Notes under the pieces: model-generated
What the model saw: the letters and a program-made list of their open reading frames with translations, nothing else
What the model was told of the DNA's origin: nothing
The model's database searches: none
Assembly (NCBI GenBank): GCA_009927815.1
Contig: RFMI01000139.1
Span: 1-57,279, forward strand
Direction: 5' to 3'
Length of the DNA stretch: 57,279 nucleotides
Source: Betaproteobacteria bacterium
GTDB lineage: Bacteria; Pseudomonadota; Gammaproteobacteria; Burkholderiales; UBA3065
Program-made: the position numbers and the translations under genes
Part shown: positions 9,941 to 21,005 of the stretch, in pieces
How the letters are laid out: the number at the start of each line of letters is the position of its first letter
Position numbering within the stretch: the first letter of the stretch is position 1

Positions 9941-11511
9941 CCCGCTGGGCTCTGCTGAGCGTGTCGGACAAGCGCGGCGTGGTCGATTTCGCGCGCGCTT
10001 TGGCCGATCTCGGATTCTCCCTGCTGTCTACTGGCGGTACCGCAGCGGCTCTGCGTGACGCCGGTCTGGCGGTGACTGACGTCGCCGAGCACACCGGGTC
10101 GCCGGAGATGCTCGACGGCCGCGTCAAGACGCTGCACCCGCGCGTGCACGGCGGCATCCTCGCGCGCCGCGACCTACCAGAGCACATGACGACCTTGGCG
10201 CAGCACGGCATCCCGGCGATCGACATCGTCGCCGTCAACCTGTACCCGTTCGCGCAGACCGTGGCCCAGCCGGGTTGCAGCATGGATGACGCCATCGAGA
10301 ACATCGACATCGGTGGTCCGGCGATGGTGCGTGCGGCGGCCAAGAACCACGGTGGCGAAGCCGGTGGCGTGGGCATCGTCACCGATCCAGATGATTACGC
10401 TGCGGTGCTCGACGAGCTGCGCAGTGGCGCTTTAAGCACCGCGACCCGCTACCGCCTCGCCGTCAAAGCGTTCACCCACACCGCGCGCTATGACGGCATG
10501 GTCGCCAACTGGCTGTCGGCGCGCGCGCCGGGTGCTGACGCAGCGGGCCTTTCGGACACATTCCCCGAGCGTCTGCAGCTCGGTTTCGACCGTTTGCAGA
10601 CGCTGCGCTATGGCGAGAATCCGCACCAAGCTGCGGCCTTCTACCGCGACGCCCAAGCGTCGGAGGGCGGCATCGCCGGCGCCACGCAGCTGCAGGGCAA
10701 AGCGCTGAGCTACAACAACATCGCCGACGCCGATGCCGCGTGGGAATGCGTCAAGGCTTTTGCGACGGGCGCCTGCGTCATCGTCAAGCACGCCAATCCT
10801 TGTGGTGTGGCCTTGGGCAATACACCCGCCGAGGCCTACGCGCGGGCCTTTGCCACCGACCCGACATCAGCCTTCGGCGGCATCATCGCCTTCAACCGCG
10901 AGGTTGACGCCGCCACCGCCGAGGGCGTGAGCAAGCAGTTCATGGAGGTGCTGATCGCGCCGGCCTACACGCCGGATGCGTTGGCTCTGCTCGCTGCCAA
11001 GGCCAACGTGCGGGTGCTGCAGTGCGGCCTCGGCGACCCGGACGGGGTATGGGACTTGAAGCGCGTCGGCGGCGGTCTGCTGGTGCAGACGCGCGATGCG
11101 CACACCGCGGCGGACGCTGACCTGCGGGTGGTGACTCAGCGCCAGCCGACGGCTGCCGAGGTGGCCGATTTGCGCTTCGCCTGGACGGTCGCGCGCTTCG
11201 TCAAATCCAACGCCATCGTGTATTGCAAGGACGGCCAGACCGTGGGCGTCGGCGCCGGCCAGATGAGCCGGATCGACTCGACCCGCATCGCCCGCATCAA
11301 GGCGGAGAACGCTGGCTTGCAGATCGCCGGGACGGTGGTCGCTTCGGACGCCTTCTTCCCCTTCCGTGATGGCCTCGACGTGCTGGCTGAGGCCGGTGCC
11401 ACAGCGGTGATCCAGCCTGGCGGTTCGCAGCGCGACGCTGAGGTGATTGCTGCCGCCGACGAACACGGCCTGGCCATGGTGTTCACCGGCTTCCGCCACT
11501 TCCGCCACTGA
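9937..11511 (+). CDS. purH: Bifunctional AICAR transformylase / IMP cyclohydrolase
   Basis: 524-aa ORF with [22 protein letters not shown] and a C-terminal FTGFRHFRH. Confidence 0.96.
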   Translation: MTRWALLSVSDKRGVVDFARALADLGFSLLSTGGTAAALRDAGLAVTDVAEHTGSPEMLDGRVKTLHPRVHGGILARRDLPEHMTTLAQHGIPAIDIVAVNLYPFAQTVAQPGCSMDDAIENIDIGGPAMVRAAAKNHGGEAGGVGIVTDPDDYAAVLDELRSGALSTATRYRLAVKAFTHTARYDGMVANWLSARAPGADAAGLSDTFPERLQLGFDRLQTLRYGENPHQAAAFYRDAQASEGGIAGATQLQGKALSYNNIADADAAWECVKAFATGACVIVKHANPCGVALGNTPAEAYARAFATDPTSAFGGIIAFNREVDAATAEGVSKQFMEVLIAPAYTPDALALLAAKANVRVLQCGLGDPDGVWDLKRVGGGLLVQTRDAHTAADADLRVVTQRQPTAAEVADLRFAWTVARFVKSNAIVYCKDGQTVGVGAGQMSRIDSTRIARIKAENAGLQIAGTVVASDAFFPFRDGLDVLAEAGATAVIQPGGSQRDAEVIAAADEHGLAMVFTGFRHFRH

Positions 11512-11528
11512 GCCTGGAGCGTGCAGTC

Positions 11529-12812
11529 ATGAAGGTACTGGTGATCGGCAGCGGCGCCCGCGAGCACGCCTTCGCCTGGAAGCTGGCGCGGTCGCCGCAG
11601 GTGCAAGCGGTGCTGGTGAGCCCGGGCAATGGTGGTACGGCCCGTGAGTCCGGTTGTCGCAACGTGCCGGGCGCCCGTGTGGCCGAGTGGCTGGCGCTGG
11701 CGCAGCACGAGGGGGTCGACCTCACCGTAGTCGGTCCGGAAAATCCGCTGGCGGAGGGTGTGGTCGATGCGTTTCGCGCGGCGGGACTCGCCATCGTCGG
11801 GCCAACCGCAGCCGCCGCGCAACTCGAGTCGTCCAAGGACTTCGCCAAGGCATTCATGATGCGGCACGGCATCCCCACAGCCGCCTACGCCACCTTCACC
11901 GACGCTGTCGCGGCACATGCGTATGTCGAGGCACAGGGCGCGCCGATCGTGGTCAAGGCCGATGGCCTCGCCGCCGGCAAGGGCGTGGTGGTGGCAATGA
12001 CCGCCGGCGAAGCGCACGCCGCCATCGACGCCATGTTGGCCGGCAACAGCCTTGGCAGCGCTGGCGCGCGGGTGGTGATCGAAGGCTTTTTGCGCGGCGA
12101 AGAAGCGAGTTTCATTGTTGTCGCGCACGGTGAGCAGGTGCTGGCGCTGGCCACCAGTCAGGACCACAAGCGCCTCAAGGATGGCGACCAGGGCCCCAAC
12201 ACCGGTGGCATGGGTGCTTATTCCCCGGCGCCGGTGGTCACGCCGGAGATCCACCAGCGGGTGATGGACACGGTGATCCGCCCGGCCTTGCGCGGCATGG
12301 TTGCCGAGGGCACGCCGTTTTCCGGATTCCTTTACGCCGGTTTGATGATCGCCCCGGATGGGTCGATCGGCGTGCTCGAGTTCAACTGCCGGATGGGCGA
12401 TCCCGAGACGCAACCGATCCTGATGCGCTACGCCGGTGATTTCGCCGTGCTGATGCAACACGCAGCGACGGGCACACTCGACCAGGTCGAGCCGGACTGG
12501 GACCCGCGTCCCGCGCTCGGCGTGGTGCTCGCTGCCGCTGGCTACCCCGAGTCACCGCGCAAGGGCGACGCCATCACCGGCCTGCCCCAAGACACCGGCG
12601 ACCTGCACGTCTTCCACGCCGGCACCACCTTGGGTGATGACGACGTGCTGCGCACCAGCGGTGGGCGGGTGATGACGGTGACAGCGCTCGGCGGGACCCT
12701 GCGTGACGCCGCCGACCGCGCGTATCGCGGCGCCACCGGCATCGTCTTTGACGGTGTGCAGCTGCGGACTGATATTGGTCATTGCGCGCTGCGTCAACAT
12801 GACGGCACGTAA
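11529..12812 (+). CDS. purD: Phosphoribosylamine--glycine ligase
   Basis: 427-aa ORF with [14 protein letters not shown], the ATP-grasp motif [13 protein letters not shown] and [12 protein letters not shown]. Confidence 0.96.
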   Translation: MKVLVIGSGAREHAFAWKLARSPQVQAVLVSPGNGGTARESGCRNVPGARVAEWLALAQHEGVDLTVVGPENPLAEGVVDAFRAAGLAIVGPTAAAAQLESSKDFAKAFMMRHGIPTAAYATFTDAVAAHAYVEAQGAPIVVKADGLAAGKGVVVAMTAGEAHAAIDAMLAGNSLGSAGARVVIEGFLRGEEASFIVVAHGEQVLALATSQDHKRLKDGDQGPNTGGMGAYSPAPVVTPEIHQRVMDTVIRPALRGMVAEGTPFSGFLYAGLMIAPDGSIGVLEFNCRMGDPETQPILMRYAGDFAVLMQHAATGTLDQVEPDWDPRPALGVVLAAAGYPESPRKGDAITGLPQDTGDLHVFHAGTTLGDDDVLRTSGGRVMTVTALGGTLRDAADRAYRGATGIVFDGVQLRTDIGHCALRQHDGT

Positions 12813-12887
12813 GGTCTGAGCGACAATGCGTCGCCTCCGGGTCGGTTGCCACCGATGCGGGATCTTCCTTCTGACACTGGGTCGACC

Positions 12888-13921
12888 ATGAACACGCAAG
12901 ACGTCTACGACTACCTCACCGGTCTGCAGAGCCGAATCATCGATCACATGCAGGCGGTCGACGGCAAGCCCTTCCGCACCGATTCCTGGCAGCGTCCCGA
13001 GGGCGGCGGCGGCATCAGCCGTTTGGTGGAAGAGGGCAATGTGTTGGAGCGCGGCGGCGTCAACTTCTCGCATGTGCTCGGCGCCAAGCTGCCGCCCTCG
13101 GCGAGCGCGCATCGGCCCGAGCTGGCCGGCCGCCCGTGGGAGGCGATGGGCGTGTCGCTGGTGCTGCATCCGCGCAACCCCTATGCCCCCACGGTGCACA
13201 TGAACGTGCGCTTCTTCGTGGCCTACCCCAAGGGCACTTCGTCGGCTGATTTTCGGGGGGCGAGCCAAGACGGCAACCCGTCCGCGACGCAGTCGTACGA
13301 GGGTGCACGTCGAGGGGCGGACGCAGTGCCGACGCAGACGCAGCCCGCGAAAACCAGCCGATCTGGTGGTTCGGCGGCGGTATGGACCTTACCCCCTACT
13401 ACGGCTTCGACGACGACGCCGCGCACTTCCATCGCGAGTGCCAAGCCGCGCTCGAGCCCTTCGGCGCCGACTATCACCCGCGTTTCAAAGCCTGGTGCGA
13501 CGAGTACTTCTTTCTCAAGCACCGTGGCGAGCCGCGCGGCGTGGGCGGCGTGTTTTTCGACGACCTCGGTGCGCAGGGCGAGATCGGCTTCGATCAGGCC
13601 TTCGCCTTGATGCGCAGCGTCGGCGACCATTTTCTGACCGCCTACGCGCCCATCCTCGAGCGCCGCAAAGACCTGGCTTACGGAGAGCGCGAACGCGATT
13701 TCCAAGCCTATCGGCGTGGCCGCTACGTCGAGTTCAATCTGGTGTTCGACCGTGGGACCTTGTTCGGACTGCAGTCGGGCGGACGCACCGAGTCGATCCT
13801 GATGTCGATGCCGCCCATCGTGAAGTGGCGCTACGACTGGACGCCCGAGGCGGGCTCGCCGGAGGCGAAGCTCTACGAGCGCTATCTGGTGCCGCAGGAC
13901 TGGGCAGCTATGGCCGGCTGA
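12888..13921 (+). pseudogene. hemF: Oxygen-dependent coproporphyrinogen III oxidase, reading frame disrupted as assembled
   Basis: The N-terminal half, ending in [19 protein letters not shown], is in the frame of 12888. The conserved [25 protein letters not shown]...[12 protein letters not shown] half (ORF 13382-13921) is in another frame. About 113-116 nt of non-homologous sequence lies between them, whereas E. coli HemF has only 6 residues there. Confidence 0.85.
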
Positions 13922-13931
13922 TCGCGCTCGC

Positions 13932-14411
13932 CTATTTCTTAAACGCTGGCTCGATCATGACGTCGCGGGTAAAGAACGTGTCTTGCTTGCCGGCGCAGGT
14001 CATGAAGGCCAAGGCATCGCCCACCCGCAAGAACTGCCCCTCCAATCCGAGGTAGGTGTTCTGCACGCGGTAGGCCTCGGTTTCGGTGCGCATGGTTGTC
14101 GGGCAGTCGGCAAAGATGTCGTCACCCTTGGCCTTGAACTGCAGCACATGCACGAGTTCGTGCAAGAGGAAGCTGTTGTCGGCCGGATTGTCGAGGTCCA
14201 GATTGTCGCGGATGAGGATCTGGTAGCGGTCGGTGTCGAAAATGGCGACCATGCCATTGCAGCCGCTGGCGTCGCCGGGACAGATCTCGCGGCTGATCTC
14301 GGCTGCGGGGAGCGACCGGATGGGCGGCAGTTGCGCGGCGTCGATTACGGGGTAACCCGACAATTTGGCGGCCAGCGGCAGCAGGTAAGCGATCAAATCG
14401 GCGGAAACCAT
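13932..14411 (-). CDS. Hypothetical protein with an HExxH motif (possible minimal zinc metallopeptidase)
   Basis: 159-aa ORF containing LHELVHVLQ (HExxH) and a downstream ETEAY. I recognise no family for it. Confidence 0.45.
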   Translation of the reverse strand: MVSADLIAYLLPLAAKLSGYPVIDAAQLPPIRSLPAAEISREICPGDASGCNGMVAIFDTDRYQILIRDNLDLDNPADNSFLLHELVHVLQFKAKGDDIFADCPTTMRTETEAYRVQNTYLGLEGQFLRVGDALAFMTCAGKQDTFFTRDVMIEPAFKK

Positions 14412-14495
14412 GTCCGGCCTTGGTGTCGGATTCTCGACTAAGTCGGACCAGCACCGGCTCAGGGCGTTCCCCGCGCCCGACGTTCCGGAATCGGT

Positions 14496-16646
14496 CTATT
14501 TGACCTTCATGCCGGCTTGGGCGCCGCTATCCGGCGACAAGATGAACAGCCCGGCCACGCCGCCGGTGTCGTCCGAGGCGGCCAGAACCATGCCCTCTGA
14601 CAGCCCAAACTTCATCTTGCGCGGGGCGAGGTTGGCCACCATCACCGTGAGCCGGCCCTCCAGCGCCTCGGGCGCGTAGGCGCTCTTGATGCCGGCGAAC
14701 ACCTGACGCGTCCCCAGCGGGCCGAGATCGAGTTGCAGGCGCAGCAGCTTGTCGGCGCCCTCAACGTGTTCGGCCTTGGCGATGCGCGCGATGCGCAAAT
14801 CGACCTTGGCGAAGTCGTCGATGCCAATAGAGGGGTTGTCAGTGGCGTGCGGGTGTCCTGCGGCGTGGCTTGCGGCGTCACTCATGGCGGCTCCAGCAGA
14901 GGTGTTCGGGGTGGATGGGCCGGACGACGCGCCGGCTGGCTTGGAGGGTTTTGCTGGTGCGGCCTTGGCCGGCTCCAGAGTCTGGCGGTTGGCCTCCACC
15001 AGGGCGTCGATTCGCTTGCTGTCGACCCGCTGCATCAAGTGCTGATAGGCATTGACTGGGTGGTCGGCGTTTAGGCCTTGACCCACATCGGCCCAGACCA
15101 GCGGCGCGATGCCCAAGAAGGCCTCGACCTTGCCGGCGACCGCCGGCAGCACCGGCTTGAGGTACAGCGTGAGGATGCGGAAGCACTCGAGCGCCACGGT
15201 GCAGACGCGGTGCAGGTCTGCATCGCGGCCGTCGAGCTTGGCCAGCTCCCAGGGCTTTTCGGCGTCGACAAACACATTCACCGCATCGGCGAGCTCCATC
15301 ACGCGGCGCATCGCCTTGCCGAACTCGCGCGCCTCGTACAGCGCGGCGACCTCGTCGGCTGCGGCGCGCAGTTGCGCAATCAGCGGGTGGCCCAGCGCGG
15401 CGCCATCAACGCGCCCGTCGAAGCGCTTGGCAAGGAAGCCGGCGCAGCGGCTGGCGATGTTGACGTATTTGCCGACCAGGTCGCTGTTGACGCGGGCGAC
15501 GAAGTCCTCGAGCTTGAGGTCGATATCCTCCAGGCTGGCGTTGAGTTTGGCGGCGAAGTAGTAGCGCAGCCACTCCGGGTCGAGGCCCTGTTGCAAGTAG
15601 CTGGCAGCGGTGATGAAGGTGCCGCGCGACTTGCTCATCTTCTCGCCGTCGACGGTCAGAAAGCCGTGGGCGAAGACGTTGGTCGGCGTGCGGTAGCCGG
15701 CAAAGCGCAGCATCGCCGGCCAGAACAGGGTGTGGAAGTAGAGGATGTCCTTGCCAATGAAGTGGTACTGCTCGGTGGCGCTATCGGGCCGCGTCCACTC
15801 GGCAAAATCGAGACCGCGGGCGCGGCAAAGTTGCAGGAAGCTGGCGTAGTAGCCGACCGGCGCATCCAGCCATACGTAGAAGTATTTGCCTGGGGCGTCA
15901 GGGATCTCGAAGCCAAAGTAGGGCGCGTCGCGCGAGATGTCCCAGTCGCCCAGCTTGGATTCGCCGCCTTCCTCGCCCACCCATTCGCGCATCTTGTTGC
16001 GGGCTTCGGGTTGCAGGCGATCGGGGTGTTGTGTCCACTCGCGCAAAAAGGCCTCGCAACGCGGGTCGGACAACTTGAAGAAGTGGTGCTCGGACGACTT
16101 GCGCACCGGCACCGAGCCGCTCACCGCCGAATACGGATTCTTGAGTTCGGTCGGGCTGTAGGTGGCGCCGCACTTCTCGCAGCTGTCGCCGTACTGGTCG
16201 GCCGCGCCGCACTTGGGGCACTCGCCTTTGACAAACCGGTCCGGCAGGAACATCGCTTTGACCGGGTCGTAGAACTGCTCCACGGCGCGCAGTTCGATCA
16301 GGCCAGCAGCCTTGAGGTTGCGGTAGATGCCTTGCGCCAGCTCGCGGTTCTCGTCGCAGTCGGTGCTGCCGAAGTGGTCGAAACTCACCAGAAAGCCGTC
16401 GAAGTCGGCCTTGTGCTCGTGCCAGACGCGGTCAATCAGTTGTTTGGGCGTGATGCCTTCCGACTCGGCGCGCAGCATGATCGGCGTGCCGTGGGTGTCG
16501 TCGGCGCCGGCGTACCAGACCTCGTGCCCGCGCATGCGCTGAAAGCGCACCCAGATGTCGGTCTGCAGGTACTCCACCAGATGGCCGATGTGGATCTGGC
16601 CGTTGGCGTAAGGCAGTGCGGAAGTGACCAGCAGGCGGCGCGGCAT
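14496..16646 (-). CDS. metG: Methionine--tRNA ligase (long form with C-terminal tRNA-binding domain)
   Basis: 716-aa ORF with the class I signatures [11 protein letters not shown] and KMSKS, the zinc knuckle [18 protein letters not shown], and a C-terminal EMAP/Trbp111-like domain. Confidence 0.97.
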   Translation of the reverse strand: MPRRLLVTSALPYANGQIHIGHLVEYLQTDIWVRFQRMRGHEVWYAGADDTHGTPIMLRAESEGITPKQLIDRVWHEHKADFDGFLVSFDHFGSTDCDENRELAQGIYRNLKAAGLIELRAVEQFYDPVKAMFLPDRFVKGECPKCGAADQYGDSCEKCGATYSPTELKNPYSAVSGSVPVRKSSEHHFFKLSDPRCEAFLREWTQHPDRLQPEARNKMREWVGEEGGESKLGDWDISRDAPYFGFEIPDAPGKYFYVWLDAPVGYYASFLQLCRARGLDFAEWTRPDSATEQYHFIGKDILYFHTLFWPAMLRFAGYRTPTNVFAHGFLTVDGEKMSKSRGTFITAASYLQQGLDPEWLRYYFAAKLNASLEDIDLKLEDFVARVNSDLVGKYVNIASRCAGFLAKRFDGRVDGAALGHPLIAQLRAAADEVAALYEAREFGKAMRRVMELADAVNVFVDAEKPWELAKLDGRDADLHRVCTVALECFRILTLYLKPVLPAVAGKVEAFLGIAPLVWADVGQGLNADHPVNAYQHLMQRVDSKRIDALVEANRQTLEPAKAAPAKPSKPAGASSGPSTPNTSAGAAMSDAASHAAGHPHATDNPSIGIDDFAKVDLRIARIAKAEHVEGADKLLRLQLDLGPLGTRQVFAGIKSAYAPEALEGRLTVMVANLAPRKMKFGLSEGMVLAASDDTGGVAGLFILSPDSGAQAGMKVK

Positions 16647-16802
16647 GGTGTTGGAACCGGTGATTTTGGCAAGAAGCGGATGTTACCGGAACTGCTCAGC
16701 ACGACCGGGTCTCAAACCGGGCGCATGGTTTTTGCAGCGTGTGTTCGCTGCGCCGCGTGCGACAATCGCCGCCCTTACTTTCAACGCTTGTTCGGAGTTC
16801 TT

Positions 16803-17888
16803 GTGACCGCATCCGTCGACGTTCTTAATGCCTGTCAGACCCTGATCGACCCCAACACCGGCAAGGACTTCGTCTCGCAGAAGTCGATCCGCAATGTCAA
16901 AGTCGACGGCGACACGGTCTCGCTCGAACTCGTGCTCGGCTACCCGGCACAGAGCCAGCATGACGCCTTCCGCGAGCAGATCATCGGCGCGGTGCGCGCG
17001 CTGCCGGGCGTCGGCAAGGTCAACGTGCAGGTGCACACCGACATCGTGGCGCATGGCGTGCAACGCGGCGTCAAGCTAATCCCGGGCGTCAAGAACATCG
17101 TCGCGGTGGCGAGCGGAAAGGGTGGAGTCGGCAAGAGCACCACTGCCGTGAATCTTGCCCTCGCTTTGGCCGCCGAGGGCGCTCGTGTCGGCATGCTGGA
17201 TGCCGACATCTACGGCCCGTCCCAGCCGACCATGCTCGGTATCGAGGGCAAGCCCGAGAGCCATGACGGTCAGATGCTCGAGCCGATGTGGCACTACGGC
17301 GTGCAGGCGATGAGCGTCGGTTTCTTGATTGACCCGGACACGCCGATGGTTTGGCGTGGGCCGATGGTCACCTCCGCACTGGAACAACTGCTGAATCAGA
17401 CGCGTTGGCAGGAGCTCGATTATCTCGTGGTCGACTTGCCACCTGGCACTGGCGACATCCAGCTCACCTTGTCGCAAAAGGTGCCCGTGACCGGCGCGGT
17501 GATCGTCACCACGCCCCAGGACATTGCCCTGCTCGATGCGCGCAAAGGTCTGAAGATGTTCGAGAAAGTGGGCATCCCCATCCTTGGCATCGTCGAGAAC
17601 ATGAGCATCCACATCTGCAGCAACTGCGGCCACCAAGAGCACATCTTCGGCAGCGGCGGCGGCGAAAAGATGTGCGCCGATTACGGCACAGAACTGCTCG
17701 GCAGTCTGCCGCTCGACATCAAGATTCGCGAGCAGGCCGACAGCGGCTCGCCGACCGTCGTGGCTGACCCGCAGGGGCCGATCAGTGCTCTCTACAAGGC
17801 GATCGCGCGCAAGGTCGCCATCAAGGTGGCGGAGAAGGCGGCGGACATGTCAGCCAAGTTCCCGAAGATTGTGGTGCAGAACACCTGA
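16803..17888 (+). CDS. apbC: Iron-sulfur cluster carrier ATPase ApbC/Mrp
   Basis: The C-terminal 361 codons of the long track ORF 15078-17888. GTG at 16803 gives VTASVDVLNACQTLIDPNTGKDF. The Walker A motif SGKGGVGKST and a CxxC (CSNCGH) are present. The upstream part of the track ORF is antisense to metG and spurious. Confidence 0.9.
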   Translation: MTASVDVLNACQTLIDPNTGKDFVSQKSIRNVKVDGDTVSLELVLGYPAQSQHDAFREQIIGAVRALPGVGKVNVQVHTDIVAHGVQRGVKLIPGVKNIVAVASGKGGVGKSTTAVNLALALAAEGARVGMLDADIYGPSQPTMLGIEGKPESHDGQMLEPMWHYGVQAMSVGFLIDPDTPMVWRGPMVTSALEQLLNQTRWQELDYLVVDLPPGTGDIQLTLSQKVPVTGAVIVTTPQDIALLDARKGLKMFEKVGIPILGIVENMSIHICSNCGHQEHIFGSGGGEKMCADYGTELLGSLPLDIKIREQADSGSPTVVADPQGPISALYKAIARKVAIKVAEKAADMSAKFPKIVVQNT

Positions 17889-17939
17889 GCGCTATACGAG
17901 GCCGTCGTAGCGGCGGCCCGGACGGGCTGGCAGCGACGC

Positions 17940-18233
17940 TCAGTCGAGGTCCGGCAGACTCCGCTGCTGTGCGTCCAGCACCTCAGCGATGATCTGCTCG
18001 GCCACCGCGTCGTCCTTGCCGCCAGCCTGCCGATGCTCCATGTACCAGGTGATGATGAAGCCGCCGATGGCGTTGTCGCGGGTCATCTCGTCTAGATCAA
18101 GATGGTTGGCTTCGAGCACCTTGAGCAACACCGCATCGTCGTAGCGGATGTGCTTGCGCTCGGGGTCGCGGCGAAGGTTGAGGTTCTCGAACTTGACGTC
18201 ATCCGGAATGACGATGAGGCGGGAGGCGGTCAT
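17940..18233 (-). CDS. Small conserved hypothetical protein (97 aa)
   Basis: A Met-initiated 97-codon segment (MTASRLIVIPDDVKFENLNLRRDPERKHIRYDD...) at the 3' end of the long track ORF 17940-19574. The rest of that ORF is antisense to thrC. Function unknown. Confidence 0.55.
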   Translation of the reverse strand: MTASRLIVIPDDVKFENLNLRRDPERKHIRYDDAVLLKVLEANHLDLDEMTRDNAIGGFIITWYMEHRQAGGKDDAVAEQIIAEVLDAQQRSLPDLD

Positions 18234-18371
18234 GGGGTCTGCCCAAAAGCTAAGCCCGCATTCTAAGGCGCGGTGAGTGCTGATCGCGGGCTGTTTCCCG
18301 CAAAGCCGGCCAGTGCTCAAGCGCTGCCTTACAATGCCGGCCTGCACATCCGATAGCCCCTCAGTCCAGCC

Positions 18372-19805
18372 ATGCACTACGTCTCCACCCGCGGCCAGTC
18401 GCCGGCACTCTCGTTCACCGACACCCTGCTCGGCGGCTTGATGATCGACGGCGGTTTGGCGATGCCGACCGCTTATCCGCGGTTCAGCCAGACCGAACTC
18501 GAGGCGATGCGCGGCCTCGACTACGCTGATTTGGCCTTTGCCGTGCTGTCGCGCTTCATCACCGACATCCCGGCCGACGACCTGCGCGCGCTGCTGCGCA
18601 AGACCTATACGCCGGCGGTTTATTGCAACTCGGTGAGTGGCTCCGACACCCGCCAGATCACGCCGCTTTACACGCTCGAGCCGGGCCTGCACCTGCTGGA
18701 GCTTTCCAACGGCCCGACGCTCGCCTTTAAGGACATGGCGATGCAGCTGCTCGGCAACCTGTTCGAGTACGCGCTGGCCAAGACCGGCGAGTCGCTCAAT
18801 ATTTTGGGCGCGACCAGCGGCGACACGGGTTCCAGCGCCGAATACGCGATGCGCGGCAAGCGCGGCGTGCGCGTCTTCATGCTCAGTCCGCACGGCAAGA
18901 TGAGTCGCTTCCAGACTGCGCAGATGTTTAGCCTGCAGGATCCGAACATCGTCAACATCGCGGTCCGCGGCGTGTTCGACGACTGCCAGGACATCGTCAA
19001 GGCGGTGAGCAATGACCTGCCGTTCAAGGCGCGGCATCGCATCGGCACCGTCAATTCGATCAACTGGGCGCGGGTCTCGGCGCAGGTCGTCTATTACTTC
19101 AAGGGCTACTTCGCGGCGACCACCGCGAGTGACCAGCCGGTCAGCTTCTGCGTGCCCTCGGGCAACTTCGGCAACGTCTGCGCCGGCCACATCGCTCGCC
19201 AGATGGGCCTGCCGATCGACAAGCTGGTAGTGGCCACCAACGAGAACGATGTGCTGGATGAGTTCTTCCGCACCGGGGTCTACCGCCCGCGCAAGACCGC
19301 CGAGACCCGCCAGACCTCGAGCCCGTCGATGGACATCTCCAAGGCGAGCAACTTCGAGCGCTTCATCTACGACCTCACCGGTCAGGATGGCGCGCGCGTG
19401 GCCGAACTCTGGCGCGAGGTCGACAGCGGCGGCGCCTTCAGCCTCGCCGGGACTGATCTGTTCGCGCAGGTGAGCGCTCGCTACGGATTCCAGAGCGGGC
19501 GCAGCACGCACGCCGATCGCCTCAACACCATCCGCACCTGTCGCGACCGCCACAGCCGCTTGGTCGACACCCACACCGCCGATGGCCTCAAGGTGGCCTG
19601 GGAACTGCGCGACCCCACCGTGCCGATGATCGTGCTCGAAACCGCGTTGCCGACCAAGTTCGAGGAGACGATGGTCGAGGCGCTCGGCGAGCGTCCGCCA
19701 CGCCCGGCCGGCCTCGAGACCCTCGAGTCGCTGCCGCAGCGTTCGCAGGTCATGGACGTCGATGTCGATGCGGTGAAGGCGCTGATCGCCGCGGCTGACG
19801 CCTAG
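18372..19805 (+). CDS. thrC: Threonine synthase (long form)
   Basis: 477-aa ORF with MHYVSTRG and the PLP-lysine motif GPTLAFKDMAMQ. Confidence 0.95.
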   Translation: MHYVSTRGQSPALSFTDTLLGGLMIDGGLAMPTAYPRFSQTELEAMRGLDYADLAFAVLSRFITDIPADDLRALLRKTYTPAVYCNSVSGSDTRQITPLYTLEPGLHLLELSNGPTLAFKDMAMQLLGNLFEYALAKTGESLNILGATSGDTGSSAEYAMRGKRGVRVFMLSPHGKMSRFQTAQMFSLQDPNIVNIAVRGVFDDCQDIVKAVSNDLPFKARHRIGTVNSINWARVSAQVVYYFKGYFAATTASDQPVSFCVPSGNFGNVCAGHIARQMGLPIDKLVVATNENDVLDEFFRTGVYRPRKTAETRQTSSPSMDISKASNFERFIYDLTGQDGARVAELWREVDSGGAFSLAGTDLFAQVSARYGFQSGRSTHADRLNTIRTCRDRHSRLVDTHTADGLKVAWELRDPTVPMIVLETALPTKFEETMVEALGERPPRPAGLETLESLPQRSQVMDVDVDAVKALIAAADA

Positions 19806-19884
19806 TACAGTTGCCCTATCGGCCAGCGAATGAGTCTCTCTTCGTAGCGACTTCGCGCAGCGAGAAGGGAGCTCGTGCGCTGGC

Positions 19885-21005
19885 TTAAGAGCTGCCCTCC
19901 AGCCACTCTGCCAGTGCTACCACCACGTCGGCGCCGAGCAACTTGCTCCGTTCGCCGTTCCAGCCGGTGTCTGGCTGCGGGTCGTCGTCGTGGTCCTTGA
20001 ACGGCATTTCCAAAGTTAGCGACACACAACTGTGGGTGTGCGCGACCCATTTGGACGCTAGCGTGAGCATCTCCTCGCCAAAGCGCTCGGGATGATAGCC
20101 GTGCGTCTGCTGAAAGCGCGGACTGAGACGCTCCAGCGCGTCGCAGAACTGCTTTTCTCGCCGTATGTGGGTCTCGCCGTAGCCCGGCACCATGCCGGCC
20201 CCGTCGATGAACACGTGGGGATGGTCTCGTCGCCGTGCACATCGAGAAAGAAGCCGACGCCGCGCGCACATTGCCTGCTGCACACAAGCACCTCGGGGCT
20301 GCATTCCGCCGAGGGGGTGCGCCACTCGCGGTTGAGGTTTGCGCCGGCTGCGTTGCAGCGCAAGTGACCCCTCACACTGCCGTCCGGGTTCATATTGGGG
20401 ACGACGTGTACCGTGGCGCGCTCGCGCACCGCAACCGCTGCCGGTGAGTCGCCAAGCAGCGCCTCGAGCAGGCCCTCGGCCAGCCACTCCGCCATCGACT
20501 CGCCGGGGTGTTGGCGCGCGATGACCCACACCGGCAGTGGACCCGAACCGATGACGACGCAGTCGATGTCCCGGCTCTCGAGGCTCGCACCGAGGCGCTC
20601 GACCCGTGCCAGGGGCGACACCGCGCAGCGGCCGATCAGCGCCTGATGCCGCTCCCACGAGTAGGGCTCAAAGTAGGCCAGCCAGATGGTGTCAGTCGCA
20701 GGCGTCAGGCGGAGGGTGAGGCGGCCGCCGTCATACGAGGTGTCGGCCACCCGACGCCACTGGACGTGGTCGGCCGAGACACAGGCCTTGTAGCCAGGCC
20801 AGCCGCCCGGGTAGCTGCACTGCGCGGCGTTCTCCAGATGCAGGGTCAGCGGCACATTGCGCACGCCGTGCACGCGGAAGTGGAACCACTGCCGGTGCTC
20901 GCCGCCAGCGTCGTCACGCACCCGTAGCCGGATGTCGTCGGGGCGCGACGCATCGACCACCTCGATGTTGCCGCTGTCAAAGTTGGTGCTCAGCACCACG
21001 CTCAT
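19885..21005 (-). CDS. M14-family zinc carboxypeptidase-like protein with N-terminal beta-sandwich domain; frameshifted as assembled
   Basis: ORF 20058-21005 carries the N-domain and the zinc motifs (RQHPGESMAEW, NMNPDG, FFLDVHGDETIP). The protein continues as HVFIDGAG...TLEMPFKD in ORF 19885-20658. The frames switch at the G4 run 20217-20220, which looks like a 1-nt loss. Confidence 0.8.

Noticed and set aside
19838-19875. A possible bidirectional terminator hairpin between thrC and the M14 gene (CTCTCTTC...GAAGGGAG).
   Set aside because: The stem is only 8 bp and includes a G-U pair, the loop is about 20 nt, and there is no flanking T-tract on either strand.
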